A DNA stretch of 61,627 bases, counting the filler. It is 5 parts of 5 records of this genome, joined end to end, with 100 filler letters (N's around TTAATTAATTAA, not from the genome) between each part and the next. Parts side by side here need not be neighbours in the genome. Positions count along the whole stretch, not along the records: positions 1 to 6,910 come from SRR31156797_4271; positions 7,011 to 17,074 come from SRR31156797_4276; 3 more parts are not named here. One strand, written 5' to 3'. Under the pieces are notes generated by a model. That model saw only the letters and a list, made by a program, of their open reading frames with translations, was not told the DNA's origin and searched no databases. The position numbers were made by a program, and so were the translations under genes. Below are positions 1-11,202 of this stretch, one piece after another (the first letter of the stretch is position 1; the number at the start of each line of letters is the position of its first letter).

Positions 1-48
1 TTTAACAGCTGTTCTTGCAAAATAATGTGCCTTAGATTTAGATAATCA

Positions 49-312
49 TTATATTTTTGTAATTTCTTTTTTCAAACCTATTTTTGTAATATAATAATAA
101 GCAAAAACATCAATATTTTTACTATTTAAAAGCTCTCTAACCTGATTTAATTTATTTAAATCAAATTTTATAGACAATCCGCAATCAGAGCTTATCTCTT
201 TTGGCAACGGGATTATTCTCATATTAATTTCTGCTAACTTCAACTCCTTTTCAGCCCTTATTGCATCTTGGCTTGAACGGAATGCTATTAGATTAAATCT
301 CTCCTTCTTCAT
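49..312 (-). CDS. small DUF3343-like protein of selenium metabolism clusters
   Basis: About 87 aa with 'F.S..DAI.AEK' and 'IIPLP.EISSDCGLSI' motifs; last gene after yedF. Start could be 318 or 312. Confidence 0.75.
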   Translation of the reverse strand: MKKERFNLIAFRSSQDAIRAEKELKLAEINMRIIPLPKEISSDCGLSIKFDLNKLNQVRELLNSKNIDVFAYYYITKIGLKKEITKI

Positions 313-357
313 AATCACACCTTATATTTCTATAATTCCTAAGCTTTTGTAATCATA

Positions 358-954
358 CTAAGGCTTAATCACTTGTTCGGCATTACTCATCATCTCTACA
401 ATATCATACATATTCGTAACAGAGCCTACAGCTCTTTCATCTGCTAATTTATTAAAATCCAAGCAAGTTCCACAGCTAAAAATTTCTACTCCTTCTGACT
501 CCAAAGCCTTTAAGTCTTCTAAAGCCTGAGAATTTTTCGTAACTAATTTTACACCTCCGTTGTAAAATATAATTTTGGAAGGAAGTTTTTCCAGTTCGGT
601 TAATGCATAAATAAACCCTTTCATTAAAATTGCACCTAATTCATCATTTCCCATCCCCATTGTTTCGGATGAAATCACAACTACTTTATTTTCAAATTTT
701 GATTCGGAAACTTTTTCAACCAATGTTTCCGATCCTAAACCCTTTATTATTTTAATCTCAAAATGCTCGTTACTAATTATTTCGGATTCACATTTATGCC
801 CCATTACTTTCGCCATTTTTTCAAGGTTTTCTTTAGCAATTTCGTTATCAACAATTACAAGAATCGTCTCATCACCAGCATTTTTTTTTAGTATCTTCTT
901 TGCCTCTATTACAGGTAGCGGGCAGCTTTTGCCTCTCACATCTATTTTTATCAT
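358..954 (-). CDS. yedF: sulfurtransferase-like selenium metabolism protein YedF (TusA domain plus DsrE-like domain)
   Basis: N-terminal 'IDVRGKSCPLPV' TusA motif; C-terminal 'FYNGGVKL...SCGTCLDF...VTNMYDI'; follows selD. Confidence 0.9.
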   Translation of the reverse strand: MIKIDVRGKSCPLPVIEAKKILKKNAGDETILVIVDNEIAKENLEKMAKVMGHKCESEIISNEHFEIKIIKGLGSETLVEKVSESKFENKVVVISSETMGMGNDELGAILMKGFIYALTELEKLPSKIIFYNGGVKLVTKNSQALEDLKALESEGVEIFSCGTCLDFNKLADERAVGSVTNMYDIVEMMSNAEQVIKP

Positions 955-995
955 AATTATTTTTACACAGATTTTGTGTAAAATCCCCCAATCTA

Positions 996-2024
996 TTATT
1001 TTACTATTATACTAAACTTCTCTTTACTAATTACCTCTCCAACAATTTCAGATCTTAAGTCCAGCTCATTTAATTCATTCAGCAGCTTTTCTGCATCCTC
1101 CATATTTACACTTATTAGTAAACCGCCGGAAGTTTGAGGATCAAATAAAATCTCCTCCATTGCAAATTCTATATTTTCAAATTTGACCTTTTCTGCCAAA
1201 TATTTTCTATTTTTTTGACCTGCACCTGTTAACAAAAACTCATTTGCATAATCATAAGCTTCATCAATAAACGGAATCTGTTTTATATTCACGCAAATAC
1301 TGTGTTGCTCTCCGATCATCTCGTATAAATGACCTAAAAAACCAAATCCTGTTACATCAGTACATGCATTTACTCTGTAGTTCTTCATTTTTTCCGCTGA
1401 ATACTTATTCAGGGTTTGCATTGATTTTATTGCCTTTTCATATGCATTCTCACTCGCTTCACCTACTTTATGAGCTGTAGTTATTATACCAACTCCCAAT
1501 GGTTTTGTCAGGATTAGTTTATCTCCTATTTGACAGGTATTATTAGCTAAAACCCTCTCCGGATGAATTATTCCTGTTACTGAAAGTCCATATTTTGGCT
1601 CAGTATCGTTAATAGAGTGACCTCCACAAACAACTCCTCCGGCCTCCTGAACCTTTTCAGCTCCACCTCTCAGTATTTCAGCAAGTAAATGAGAATCTAA
1701 CTTTTCAGGGAAGCATACAATATTTAGTGCTGTTTTTACCTCTCCGCCCATTGCATAAATATCACTTAATGCATTTGCTGCAGCGATTTTACCAAATGTA
1801 TAAGGATCTTCAACTATTGGCGGAAAAAAATCCAGTGTCTGAATTATTGCAATATCATCGCTTAATTTATACACAGCTGCGTCATCTGAACTATCAAATC
1901 CCAATAATAGATTTTCATCTGAATTATTTGGGATATTTTTAAGGACACTACTTAACATACCGGGACCTAATTTTGCAGAACATCCTGCTCCACATGTAAA
2001 CTGTGTTGATTTTTTTTCTTTCAC
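996..2024 (-). CDS. selD: selenide, water dikinase (selenophosphate synthetase), Cys-type
   Basis: 'GCSAKL', 'DDAAVY', 'TLDFFPP', '[14 protein letters not shown]', 'GGHS', 'DVTGFG', 'DPQTSGGLL'. GTG start at 2024 is preceded by AGAGGAG. Confidence 0.95.
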   Translation of the reverse strand: MKEKKSTQFTCGAGCSAKLGPGMLSSVLKNIPNNSDENLLLGFDSSDDAAVYKLSDDIAIIQTLDFFPPIVEDPYTFGKIAAANALSDIYAMGGEVKTALNIVCFPEKLDSHLLAEILRGGAEKVQEAGGVVCGGHSINDTEPKYGLSVTGIIHPERVLANNTCQIGDKLILTKPLGVGIITTAHKVGEASENAYEKAIKSMQTLNKYSAEKMKNYRVNACTDVTGFGFLGHLYEMIGEQHSICVNIKQIPFIDEAYDYANEFLLTGAGQKNRKYLAEKVKFENIEFAMEEILFDPQTSGGLLISVNMEDAEKLLNELNELDLRSEIVGEVISKEKFSIIVK

Positions 2025-2040
2025 TGATTTATCTCCTCTT

Positions 2041-3177
2041 TTATAGTTCTGCAATCTCTTTTATCGCCTTTATTCCCTGATCTATCTCAACTTCAGTATT
2101 GAAGTAAGAAAAACTAAATCTTACAGCTCCCTGCTCCATAGTTCCTAATGCGCAATGCATTAAAGGTGCGCAATGAGCACCTGGCCTGGTAGCAATATCA
2201 TAAGTCTCAGCCAGAAGGTTACTTACCTCTGCTGAATCATAATCTTTAATATTAAGTGCAACAATAGGAGCTCGTAAATAAGACCTAAAATCACCATAAA
2301 TTTTTATTCCTTTGATATCTTTGATTCCATTATAAAATTTCCACATGAGATTCAGTTCATGCTCTCTTATTTTCTCTATACCTATTTCATTTATAAACCT
2401 TACTCCAGCTGAAAGCCCGTGTAAACTATGACTATTTATAGTTCCTGCCTCCAGAGCATCCGGCATATTTACAGGATGACATTTATCATATGAATGGCTC
2501 CCACTTCCACCAACTTTTAAACCACGTATTTTTATTGGATTTTTAATACAAATCCCACCTGTTCCCTGAGGTCCATATAGGGATTTATGACCTGTAAAGC
2601 AAAGTACATCTATATTTTGATCATCCATATCTATATCAATAATACCAGCAGTCTGTGAAGCATCGACTATCAATAATAACTTATTTTTTTTACACACTTC
2701 ACCAATAGTTTTTATGTCAATCAGATCTCCTGTCAGATTTGAAGCATGTGTACAAACTACCGCTTTTGTATTTATTTTAATTTTTTTTTCTATTATTGAG
2801 TAATCAATACACCTCTCTTTATTGTAATTTAAAAATGTTATCTCAACACCTTTTTCTGCTAATTCATAAAGCGGTCGAAGCACTGAATTATGCTCCATCT
2901 CCGTCGTAATTATATGGTCTCCGGCAGAAAATATTCCTTTAATAGCCACATTCAGGCTTTCTGTTGCATTACTTGTAAAGGCAATATTTAGCGGGTTTTT
3001 TAAATTAAACAAATTTGCAAGCAACTCTCTGGTATCATAGATAGCTCTACTTGCATTTAATGATATCTCATGTGCTCCTCTTGAAGGATTACCAAAATTA
3101 TTTATAGCATAAGATACGGCTTGGGAAACCTCCATTGGTTTTGGATAGCTGGTTGCTGCATTATCAAAATAGATCAT
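2041..3177 (-). CDS. cysteine desulfurase / selenocysteine lyase family class V PLP enzyme
   Basis: 'IYFDNAATS', 'MEHNSV', 'DASQTAG', '[13 protein letters not shown]', 'RPGAHCAP'. Confidence 0.9.
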   Translation of the reverse strand: MIYFDNAATSYPKPMEVSQAVSYAINNFGNPSRGAHEISLNASRAIYDTRELLANLFNLKNPLNIAFTSNATESLNVAIKGIFSAGDHIITTEMEHNSVLRPLYELAEKGVEITFLNYNKERCIDYSIIEKKIKINTKAVVCTHASNLTGDLIDIKTIGEVCKKNKLLLIVDASQTAGIIDIDMDDQNIDVLCFTGHKSLYGPQGTGGICIKNPIKIRGLKVGGSGSHSYDKCHPVNMPDALEAGTINSHSLHGLSAGVRFINEIGIEKIREHELNLMWKFYNGIKDIKGIKIYGDFRSYLRAPIVALNIKDYDSAEVSNLLAETYDIATRPGAHCAPLMHCALGTMEQGAVRFSFSYFNTEVEIDQGIKAIKEIAEL

Positions 3178-3295
3178 TTTTCACGCACCTCTTAAATAAT
3201 ATATAAGTTTTATATAGATAATTTAAATTATACTACAATTTAAGCTTTAATAAAAATAAATTAAAATAATTAGTTACATTATAAGATTATATATA

Positions 3296-3329
3296 AAAAC
3301 AACAGTTTGCCAAAACAAACTGTTGTTTT
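3296..3329 (-). terminator. intrinsic terminator after the Mo-hydroxylase genes
   Basis: AAAACAACAGTTTG-ccaaaa-CAAACTGTTGTTTT inverted repeat a few nt after the stop codon. Confidence 0.75.
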
Positions 3330-3333
3330 CAAT

Positions 3334-5583
3334 TTATTTTTTAGTATTCAAAAGTATTTTCTCAGCTGTAATAGGCAGTTCTCTTATCCTAACTCCTGTT
3401 GCATTATATACTGCGTCAGCTATAGCAGGAGACGGAGTGTTTATTACAACTTCTCCTATCGATTTAGCTCCAAACGGCCCTGTCGGTTCATCAGAATAAC
3501 TAAACTCAACTTTTATATTATTAATATCTTTTCTACACGGTATCTTGTACTGCATCAAAGTATCAGTTTTAACCTTGCCTTTTAAATCATACTGAATATC
3601 TTCATATAAAGCAAGTCCAATACCTTGTGCTGTTCCACCTTCAACTTGAACTTTTGCTAAATTCGGATTAATTGGGAGTCCGCAATCAACAACTGATAAA
3701 AAATCAGTTACTTCTATTTCTCCTGTTAGGGGATCAACTTCTACTTCGGCAAAGCCGGCTATAAATGGTGGTGGCGAAGTATCTCCACCCCAAGTAGCTG
3801 TTGTAACAATTTGGTGTCTTCCTTCAAATGAAATCAATCTAAGAGCTATCTCTTCAAGAGTGTATTTCTTATCTTTACTCTCTATAAACTCACCGTCAAA
3901 GCTGAGCTCTTCTTTAGAAATATTCAAAAGTTTAGAAGCACCGTCTAATATTTCTTTTCTCATTTTTTGAGCTGCAAGTACAACTGCATTTCCAGTTACA
4001 TATGTTCCACTTGATGCATAAGCTCCCGGATCGTATGGTGATACATCTGTATCTGCCGAGTTAAGTATTATGTTATCCATCGGACATTCGAGTATCTCAG
4101 CAGCCATCTGTGTAACAACAGTATCGGAACCCTGTCCCATATCTGTTACTCCTACAAACAGAGTATAATTTCCGTCATCACCAAGCTTTATTGAGGCTGT
4201 TGCAGTATCAACACCAGCTATTCCGGAACCCTGCATCGTAGTTGCCATTCCAACTGCTATTACTTTTCCGTTTTCAATTGTTTTTGCCGGGTATTTATTA
4301 TCCCAGTCAAATAATTCTTTTCCGATATTTATGCATTTTTTGATATCACCGCTTTTAAGATAGTTATCTTCTCCCGGCTCAACCAGATTTCTATCTCTAA
4401 TTACAGTAGGATCAATATTCAGCTCCTTAGCAAGTTCATTAATTGTCGATTCAATCGCAAAAGTTCCTTGTGTTGCTCCGTAACCTCTGAACGCCCCTGC
4501 CGGCATAGTATTAGTGTATACTATATTCGCACTACATCTGGCTGCTGTTTTATCATACAAGGGAAAACTCTTAAAAGCAACAAGAGGTGTTACTGTACAT
4601 GAATGCTCTCCATAAGCTCCGGTATTCGATAGTACATTTATATCAAGAGCCTTAATTATTCCATTTTTATCTGCACCTAATTTAATCTTCAGTCTCATCG
4701 CATGTCTGGTAGTCGTGCAAGTATGCGTTTCTTTTCTATTATAGATTATTTTTGCAGGTTTCCCGGTTTTTAGAGTAACAATTGCCGTAAATATTTCACA
4801 CGCTGCTGTTTGTTTCCCTCCGAAACCTCCTCCGATTCTTGGTTTTATAACTCTTATTTTACTTTTAGCTATTCCAAGAGCTCTTGCCAGATGTCTCTTT
4901 ACATGAAATGGTATCTGGGTTGAACTAACAACACACAGTCTGTTATTAGTATCTAAATATGTAAATGCTCTATATGTTTCCATCATTGCATGAATTTGAG
5001 GCTGGGTATAATATGTCCGTTCTATAATGTGTGCAGATTCCTCTAGTGCTTTATCTACATCGCCTCTTTCCTGATAATAACTTGAAGCAATGTTTTTAGG
5101 AGCATCTGAACCTATCTCAAAATTAGTATGAATATCATAATCATGGACAATAGTTTTATTATTTATTGCTTTTTCAAAATCAATTACTGCGTCTAAAACC
5201 TCATAATCAACTTTGATTAATTTCATCGCTTTTGCAGCTGTTTTCTCACTATCAGCTGCAATAATTGCAACTTCATCTCCAACATATCTTACATATTCAT
5301 CCAAAATTTTTCTGTCATATGGAGACGGCTCGGGATATGATTGACCTGCTAAAGTAAATCTTGTGTCAGGTACATCTTTATAAGTCAGTATGCACTCTAC
5401 TCCCGGAACTTTTAAGGCTATTTTGGTATCAATGTTTTTAATTTTTGCATATGCATGCGGACTTCTTAATATTTTAATTATTAAAGGATTATTATTTATA
5501 TTCAAATCATCAGTGTAGACAGGTTTTCCAGTAATAATTCCAATGCTATCTAATTTAGCGACACTTTTATTTACTACTTTCAT
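3334..5583 (-). CDS. xanthine dehydrogenase family molybdopterin-binding large subunit
   Basis: 'RSPHAYA', 'GGGFGGK', 'AFRGYG', 'MGQG', 'QVEGG', 'GAKSIGE'. ATG at 5583 overlaps the upstream TAA (TAATG coupling). Confidence 0.93.
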   Translation of the reverse strand: MKVVNKSVAKLDSIGIITGKPVYTDDLNINNNPLIIKILRSPHAYAKIKNIDTKIALKVPGVECILTYKDVPDTRFTLAGQSYPEPSPYDRKILDEYVRYVGDEVAIIAADSEKTAAKAMKLIKVDYEVLDAVIDFEKAINNKTIVHDYDIHTNFEIGSDAPKNIASSYYQERGDVDKALEESAHIIERTYYTQPQIHAMMETYRAFTYLDTNNRLCVVSSTQIPFHVKRHLARALGIAKSKIRVIKPRIGGGFGGKQTAACEIFTAIVTLKTGKPAKIIYNRKETHTCTTTRHAMRLKIKLGADKNGIIKALDINVLSNTGAYGEHSCTVTPLVAFKSFPLYDKTAARCSANIVYTNTMPAGAFRGYGATQGTFAIESTINELAKELNIDPTVIRDRNLVEPGEDNYLKSGDIKKCINIGKELFDWDNKYPAKTIENGKVIAVGMATTMQGSGIAGVDTATASIKLGDDGNYTLFVGVTDMGQGSDTVVTQMAAEILECPMDNIILNSADTDVSPYDPGAYASSGTYVTGNAVVLAAQKMRKEILDGASKLLNISKEELSFDGEFIESKDKKYTLEEIALRLISFEGRHQIVTTATWGGDTSPPPFIAGFAEVEVDPLTGEIEVTDFLSVVDCGLPINPNLAKVQVEGGTAQGIGLALYEDIQYDLKGKVKTDTLMQYKIPCRKDINNIKVEFSYSDEPTGPFGAKSIGEVVINTPSPAIADAVYNATGVRIRELPITAEKILLNTKK

Positions 5584-6035
5584 TATTTCACTGCCTCCAT
5601 ATATTTTTTTATTGCCCTTAATTGAGATACGTAACCGGTACATCTGCAAAGATTTCCATTTAAATAATGTTTAATTTCATCTTCACTTGGATTATTAAGT
5701 TCTCTTTTCATTGCCAGAACTGTCATAGTAAATCCCGGTGCGCAGAAACCGCACTGTTCAGCACCTTCTGCAGACATAAATCCAGCAAACTCCTTGGCTT
5801 CATCCTGAAGAGATTCAATCGTTGTTATTTTTTTACCGCTGACTCTCACAGCAAGTGTAGAACATGACAATACAGGTTTATCCTCCACCCATACAGTACA
5901 AAGGCCACATGATCCTGTGTCACAACCTCTTTTGACACTTAAATAACCGTGTTTTCTCAATACATCTACTAAGTATTCATCAGCTTCTATATTAAGACTT
6001 ACATTTTTTTCGTTTATAATCGTCTCCACTATCAT
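5583..6035 (-). CDS. xanthine dehydrogenase family 2x[2Fe-2S] subunit
   Basis: '[12 protein letters not shown]', 'QCGFCAPG', 'NLCRCTGY'. Confidence 0.95.
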   Translation of the reverse strand: MIVETIINEKNVSLNIEADEYLVDVLRKHGYLSVKRGCDTGSCGLCTVWVEDKPVLSCSTLAVRVSGKKITTIESLQDEAKEFAGFMSAEGAEQCGFCAPGFTMTVLAMKRELNNPSEDEIKHYLNGNLCRCTGYVSQLRAIKKYMEAVK

Positions 6036-6823
6036 TATATTATCTCCTTAATAGCTCTCTCTATCAACACTTTACAAACAGCTTTTCTATACTGACCTGA
6101 TGCTCTCATATTATCAGCAAAATTTAACTCCTCGCTTGCTTTGTCTAAAGCCTGATTAATAATCTCACTTGTTACTTCATTTTGAGATAAAATCTCCATA
6201 GCTTTTTTCGCCAATACTGCTCTACCGGGTCTTGCTCCAACTACAATTCTAAAATCATTATCCAAACGAGAAACAGCAACATTTAAAACAGCATAATCAC
6301 TTTGAGTTCTTCTAATAGTTTGATAATTTCCTTTTCTTCCATTATTTCTTATAACAATTTTAACTAAAATATCTCTTTTGATATCACTCGACAAAAAATC
6401 TTCCAAAGACATTTCACCTGTATCATATAAAACTATACTTGTATCTAGAGCTAAAAGTGCTGGTATAAAGTCAGAAAATCCATACTTGGAAAATACCGTT
6501 GCACCTGCCGTTACTGTATTTCTAAGTTGGACTCCAACTATATTTTTAACAGAATCAGCAATAAGCCCTCCAAATTTTCTCTTAAGCAATGGACTTGTCT
6601 CTATCTCTCTAAAAGTTGTCATCGCACCTATCTCTACTGCTCCTTCAACTTTTCTAATAAAGTTCAGATTCAAATCAGACAGGTCTATCGCTGTGTTTAA
6701 ATGCTTATTTCCCATTTTTAGAAATGCTGTCCCACCAATAATCTCATTTTTTTTATTATTATGAAGTACCCCAAAAGCGTCTTCCAAAGTCGTAGCTAAA
6801 TGATACTTAGAAAAAGTAAACAA
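6035..6823 (-). CDS. xanthine dehydrogenase family FAD-binding subunit
   Basis: 'IIGGT', 'EIGAMTT', '[12 protein letters not shown]', 'SDFIPALL', 'RASGQYR'. TTG start after GGAGG. Confidence 0.9.
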   Translation of the reverse strand: MFTFSKYHLATTLEDAFGVLHNNKKNEIIGGTAFLKMGNKHLNTAIDLSDLNLNFIRKVEGAVEIGAMTTFREIETSPLLKRKFGGLIADSVKNIVGVQLRNTVTAGATVFSKYGFSDFIPALLALDTSIVLYDTGEMSLEDFLSSDIKRDILVKIVIRNNGRKGNYQTIRRTQSDYAVLNVAVSRLDNDFRIVVGARPGRAVLAKKAMEILSQNEVTSEIINQALDKASEELNFADNMRASGQYRKAVCKVLIERAIKEII

Positions 6824-6910
6824 TTTTATAAAACCTCCTGTTTAAAACTCATTTTTTATTAACTGATTAAGAGATTTGCATAACTATAATGAATGTTGTA
6901 AATCTTGGCA

Positions 6911-7010
6911 NNNNNNNNNNNNNNNNNNNNNNNNNNNNNNNNNNNNNNNNNNNNTTAATTAATTAANNNNNNNNNNNNNNNNNNNNNNNNNNNNNNNNNN
7001 NNNNNNNNNN
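6911..7010. other. artificial contig spacer
   Basis: N-run, TTAATTAATTAA (stops in all frames), N-run; composition changes across it. Confidence 0.98.
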
Positions 7011-7456
7011 ACCCAAATATGCTTTCCATAATGGATGCAGACAACCGGTACACATATTTGGATCGTAGCAGCGGAGAGATCGTCACCGATCTTGAAACTC
7101 TTAAAGCAATGAATGAAGGTGATAACTCAAAAGAGCTCTGGTCGCCCTTTACTTTTGGTAATGCAGTTGTACTGCCACATTCATGGGCAATTGAAGACGG
7201 GTCATTTTTACGTTTACAAAATATAACATTGGGTTATACATTGCCTCGGGAAATAAGCAAGAAGGTATTTATTAACCAGCTACGAGTTTATGTTACAGCA
7301 AATAACCTGTACACCTGGACCAATTACTCAGGTTACGATCCTGAGATAAGTTCTCCGGTAAGAGGTTCTTCAACATCGGGCTTAACACCTGGAGTTGACT
7401 ACTCAACCTATCCTAAAAGCAGATCATGGACATTTGGTGTAAATGTGACATTCTAA
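7011..7456 (+). CDS. SusC/RagA TonB-dependent transporter, C-terminal fragment (5' truncated)
   Basis: 'IEDGSFLRLQNITLGY', 'NNLYTWTNYSGYDPE', 'YPKSRSWTFGVNVTF'. Confidence 0.95.
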
Positions 7457-7475
7457 TTAATTAAAACAGAAGAAA

Positions 7476-9449
7476 ATGAAAAAATATATTTTATCACTAT
7501 TTTGCCTGATGATCATCCTAATATCGTGTGATGATTATTTAGATGTAGAGTCACCGTCATCATTCGACTCTGATTATGTATTTTCAAATGCAAGCGATGC
7601 AAAAAAGGTTGTTATGGCATCGTATTCCTGCTTTGGCGACGACCGTTTTACTTCAAGAATGTCATGCGTTTGGGCACAAAATACCGATGTTGAAGCGATG
7701 CAACCTTCTGCGAATCCAGATGGTTCCCGTCGTGATATCTGGTCATTACAATCGTATAATCTTACAGGTTTTAGCGATATATACAAAGGTTGGAACCTGG
7801 CTTACCTGGCTATCGACCGAGCCAACCAATGTATCGAAGGTATACAAGCAAGCGATATCGCTGAAGAAAAAGACATGAGAATGTTATTGGGAGAATCCTA
7901 TTGCTTACGTGCATTTTGGTATTGGTTTTTATGTAACTATTGGGGTGATGTTCCATACTTTACCGAAGCGGCAAAGGCGGGAATGGAATTGGATATACCC
8001 AAAACAGATAAAAATGTAATTTATACCGGTTGCATTCAGGATTTAGTTGATATTGAAGAGGATATGTATTTTGCCGATGAATATAGCGATGGTATCGAAC
8101 GAATGAATCGTGAATATGCAATGGGTATGATTGCCCGTCTGGCATTATTTCGCGCAGGATATGGGATGACCTATGATGGTACTATGAAACATGCTGATGA
8201 TTACCTGGATGTAAATACCGATAGTTTAACAGTTACATACACAAATATTAGCGGAGTAGAAACAACTGCAAGTACTTCGGATGATTATTATAAGTTGGCG
8301 TCTAATTATTGCCAGAAACTAATACAATTAAAAGACCGTGAGCTTAACAGCGATTTTGGTGAAATATTTAGAAATCAATGTGAATACATTAAACCTTTAA
8401 ATAATGATGTTTTATATGAAGTTGCTTTCCTTAAAGGTTATGGAGGAGATGTTGGTTGGTGTGTAGGTACAGCAGTAACGGCAAGTAGTTATGGAAAAAC
8501 CACTATCCAGGTAAACCTTACTCCTTCGTATTACTTTTCTTTTGATGATGCAGACACACGCCGCGATGCTACTGTTTCAAAAGTATATCATCAGGCCAAT
8601 AGCGATAACGAAGCCTACGGCGACAATAACCAATACGTTTCTTCCATAACAGGATTAGCTACTGCAAAATGGAACCGTCTTTGGTTAAATGAATCTCCGG
8701 GAGAATCTTCATCAAAAGGAACAGGTATAAACTGGCCTTTAATGCGTTACTCCGATATTTTATTAATGTTGGCTGAGGCGGAAAATGAAATAAACAACGG
8801 ACCAAACGCTCTTGCAAAGAATGCCCTGGCACGTGTACGGGAAAGAGCTTTCGATTCAGAGTATCATGCAGAGAAAGTTACAAACTACATTGCCAACAAG
8901 TCATCGTACGACGACTTTTTTAATGCAATTGTTGATGAACGCGCATGGGAGTTTGGAGGAGAATGTTTACGCAAATTTGATTTGGTACGCTGGAACAACT
9001 ATGGCGAAAAAATTGCCGAAACCAAAAAGACCTTGGAAAATATGGGTAAGGCGGCCTACGAGCTTGATCTAAATGATCCGGATGTAGCACAATATGCCGA
9101 TCTGGCACAAAAATTATATTACCAGAAAGATAATGGAACGGTAGTATTTTTAAACGATAAATATCAACCAGAAAATGTGCCTGATCAAATTGTTGATGTA
9201 GAAGATTTGGATGAAGAAGGAAATGAAAATGCATATGCTTCCAAAAACTGGACCAGAGACTTGTACGAAGAAAATATAGCAGATGATGGCACAGTAACCT
9301 ATGAACTGGGACAATACATCATTCGCTGTTGGAGGGGGTATACAGATGAGACAGGAGAATCACCGGTACCATACTTGTTACCAATTTCAACAACACATGT
9401 GCAGGCCAGTGAATATTTAACTAATGACGGTTATAATTTGGGATTGTAA
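7476..9449 (+). CDS. SusD/RagB glycan-binding lipoprotein
   Basis: Lipobox 'LISC', 'RYSDILLMLAEA', 'ERAWEFGGE...DLVRW'; directly after susC. Confidence 0.95.
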   Translation: MKKYILSLFCLMIILISCDDYLDVESPSSFDSDYVFSNASDAKKVVMASYSCFGDDRFTSRMSCVWAQNTDVEAMQPSANPDGSRRDIWSLQSYNLTGFSDIYKGWNLAYLAIDRANQCIEGIQASDIAEEKDMRMLLGESYCLRAFWYWFLCNYWGDVPYFTEAAKAGMELDIPKTDKNVIYTGCIQDLVDIEEDMYFADEYSDGIERMNREYAMGMIARLALFRAGYGMTYDGTMKHADDYLDVNTDSLTVTYTNISGVETTASTSDDYYKLASNYCQKLIQLKDRELNSDFGEIFRNQCEYIKPLNNDVLYEVAFLKGYGGDVGWCVGTAVTASSYGKTTIQVNLTPSYYFSFDDADTRRDATVSKVYHQANSDNEAYGDNNQYVSSITGLATAKWNRLWLNESPGESSSKGTGINWPLMRYSDILLMLAEAENEINNGPNALAKNALARVRERAFDSEYHAEKVTNYIANKSSYDDFFNAIVDERAWEFGGECLRKFDLVRWNNYGEKIAETKKTLENMGKAAYELDLNDPDVAQYADLAQKLYYQKDNGTVVFLNDKYQPENVPDQIVDVEDLDEEGNENAYASKNWTRDLYEENIADDGTVTYELGQYIIRCWRGYTDETGESPVPYLLPISTTHVQASEYLTNDGYNLGL

Positions 9450-9498
9450 ATTTTCAAGTAATAACTGTTATTCATTTAAAACTTATAAACAATAACAA

Positions 9499-11121
9499 AT
9501 GAAAATTATAAAAAATAAAATAGGCTGGATATGTGCTTTCTTTGCCGTAATCACAGTCCTCATTTCATCTTGCAACAAAGAAGATGATTTAGGTGATCCT
9601 GATCGATTGTTCCGCCCTGTAATAACTGATGAATCCTACGGTGGAACATGGATTAAAGTTGAGTGGGATAAATATGAAGGAACAGAAATGTTCTATTTGG
9701 ATATATCGGTTGATTCGTTTGCCACTTTTGTTGAACAAGCGCAGACCGATACCACCTTTTATACTTTTGAAGATTTGGAGTACGACACAAAATATTTCAT
9801 TCGCATAAAATCGGAGGGAAGCGGACTTGAATCGGAATATTTCTTAAATGATATTATTAAGACATCCGATGTAAATACAAAACTAAACCCAATTGGTGAC
9901 GAAGATGTGATCGATAACATGGTAAAAGTATCTTGGGAAGAAGTTATTTACGATAGTCTGGTTGTTTATCCGGATGATGCTACCGCAAATAGGGTAACAC
10001 AAGTACTAAGCGATGAGGACAATGAAAATAAAGAGATTGTAATAAGAGGACTTACGCCTGATATGGGTTATAAGGTAAAGGCCTTTTACTCTGGAGAATA
10101 TAAAGGTAAAAGAAGTTTCACCACCCTTGAATCTCAAATATTCGAAGGTGATGTTCTTGATCTTCGTAATTATACCGAAGATGAAAGCTATAGTATTCTT
10201 ACTCAAGGATTTTTCGACACCCTAGCTATTGACTATCCCGAGGGTGTAACAATTGTTCTTGCAGGTGGTACTCATTATGAACTTGGAGGTGGCAGACAAG
10301 TTACTTCTTCATTCTCAATGGTAACCGGTTACTCATTAAGTGGAAATGCCATAATTGAAGTTGCTGGTAATTTTGATCTTCCTGCCGATGCTGTGGTTGG
10401 ATCTATCCATTTAGAAAAATTAAGATTTACTGACCATGAAGATAAGCCAAGAACAGAAAGTAATTACGGGGGGACATACCTGATCAATATTTCCGGAAGT
10501 GGTTCTTCTCTTGATGAGTTCTCTATTGAATCATGCGATATCAGGTATAAACGTGGTGTATGCCGGGTTAAAACAGGCGCCACAGTTAAGGCAGTTTCTA
10601 TCAACAACTGTATTATTGATTCAATTGCGGGTTATGGAATAGTAAACTTAGACAACAGTGGAATCATTGCAAATTCAGTATCAGTAACAAATACTACAAT
10701 TTCAAATACGGAATTATTCCTTAGAAACGATAAAATGACTACCGCTTTAGGAAGTATGATTGTTACCAATGTAACTACTTACAATGTTCCTAAATCGTAC
10801 TTCTTTAGAATGGGTACCATTGAAAATGTAGACCTTTCGAGTTGTTTATTTGGTATGAATTGGGATCCGGAAAATGGTTGCGAAGGATTACGTTACAATG
10901 AAATTACAAACTCATCAATAACGAATAACTATCGTACCAGCGATTGCAATTGGGCATTAATTTATGATGAAGGAGGTAACGTTACAGGAGAAAAGAATCC
11001 TATTGAATCGGAACAGTTAAGCACAAACTCAGACGAAACCTTTGCCGATCCTTCAAAACTGGATTTCACAGTTACGGATAGCAAGCTGGTGGATAAAGTA
11101 GGAGACCCACGTTGGTGGTAA
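9499..11121 (+). CDS. PUL surface lipoprotein (FN3 repeats plus DUF4957/DUF5123-like beta-helix)
   Basis: Lipobox 'ISSC', two FN3-like segments, C-terminal 'VGDPRW'; typical position after susD in pectin PULs. Confidence 0.75.
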   Translation: MKIIKNKIGWICAFFAVITVLISSCNKEDDLGDPDRLFRPVITDESYGGTWIKVEWDKYEGTEMFYLDISVDSFATFVEQAQTDTTFYTFEDLEYDTKYFIRIKSEGSGLESEYFLNDIIKTSDVNTKLNPIGDEDVIDNMVKVSWEEVIYDSLVVYPDDATANRVTQVLSDEDNENKEIVIRGLTPDMGYKVKAFYSGEYKGKRSFTTLESQIFEGDVLDLRNYTEDESYSILTQGFFDTLAIDYPEGVTIVLAGGTHYELGGGRQVTSSFSMVTGYSLSGNAIIEVAGNFDLPADAVVGSIHLEKLRFTDHEDKPRTESNYGGTYLINISGSGSSLDEFSIESCDIRYKRGVCRVKTGATVKAVSINNCIIDSIAGYGIVNLDNSGIIANSVSVTNTTISNTELFLRNDKMTTALGSMIVTNVTTYNVPKSYFFRMGTIENVDLSSCLFGMNWDPENGCEGLRYNEITNSSITNNYRTSDCNWALIYDEGGNVTGEKNPIESEQLSTNSDETFADPSKLDFTVTDSKLVDKVGDPRWW

Positions 11122-11168
11122 TAATTATTAAACAAATTATATAAAAAATACTTAGCCGCAAAAGGTTA

Positions 11169-11201
11169 TAGTTAGTCAGTTAGTTAGTTAGTTAGTTAGT
11201 T
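11169..11201. repeat. (TAGT)x8 tandem repeat, one unit CAGT
   Basis: tagttagtcagttagttagttagttagttagtt is visible directly. Confidence 0.9.
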
Positions 11202-11202
11202 C

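Noticed and set aside
996..2054. Possible selenocysteine in SelD or neighbouring genes
   Set aside because: The active-site residue is encoded as Cys and the ORFs are full length without in-frame UGA.
7454..7464. TAATTAATTAA after the susC stop, resembling the spacer
   Set aside because: No flanking Ns and susC-susD spacing is normal; AT-rich coincidence.
11169..11201. Possible CRISPR array
   Set aside because: A 4-nt microsatellite without spacers; no cas genes and no 25-40 nt repeat-spacer structure recognised anywhere in the window.
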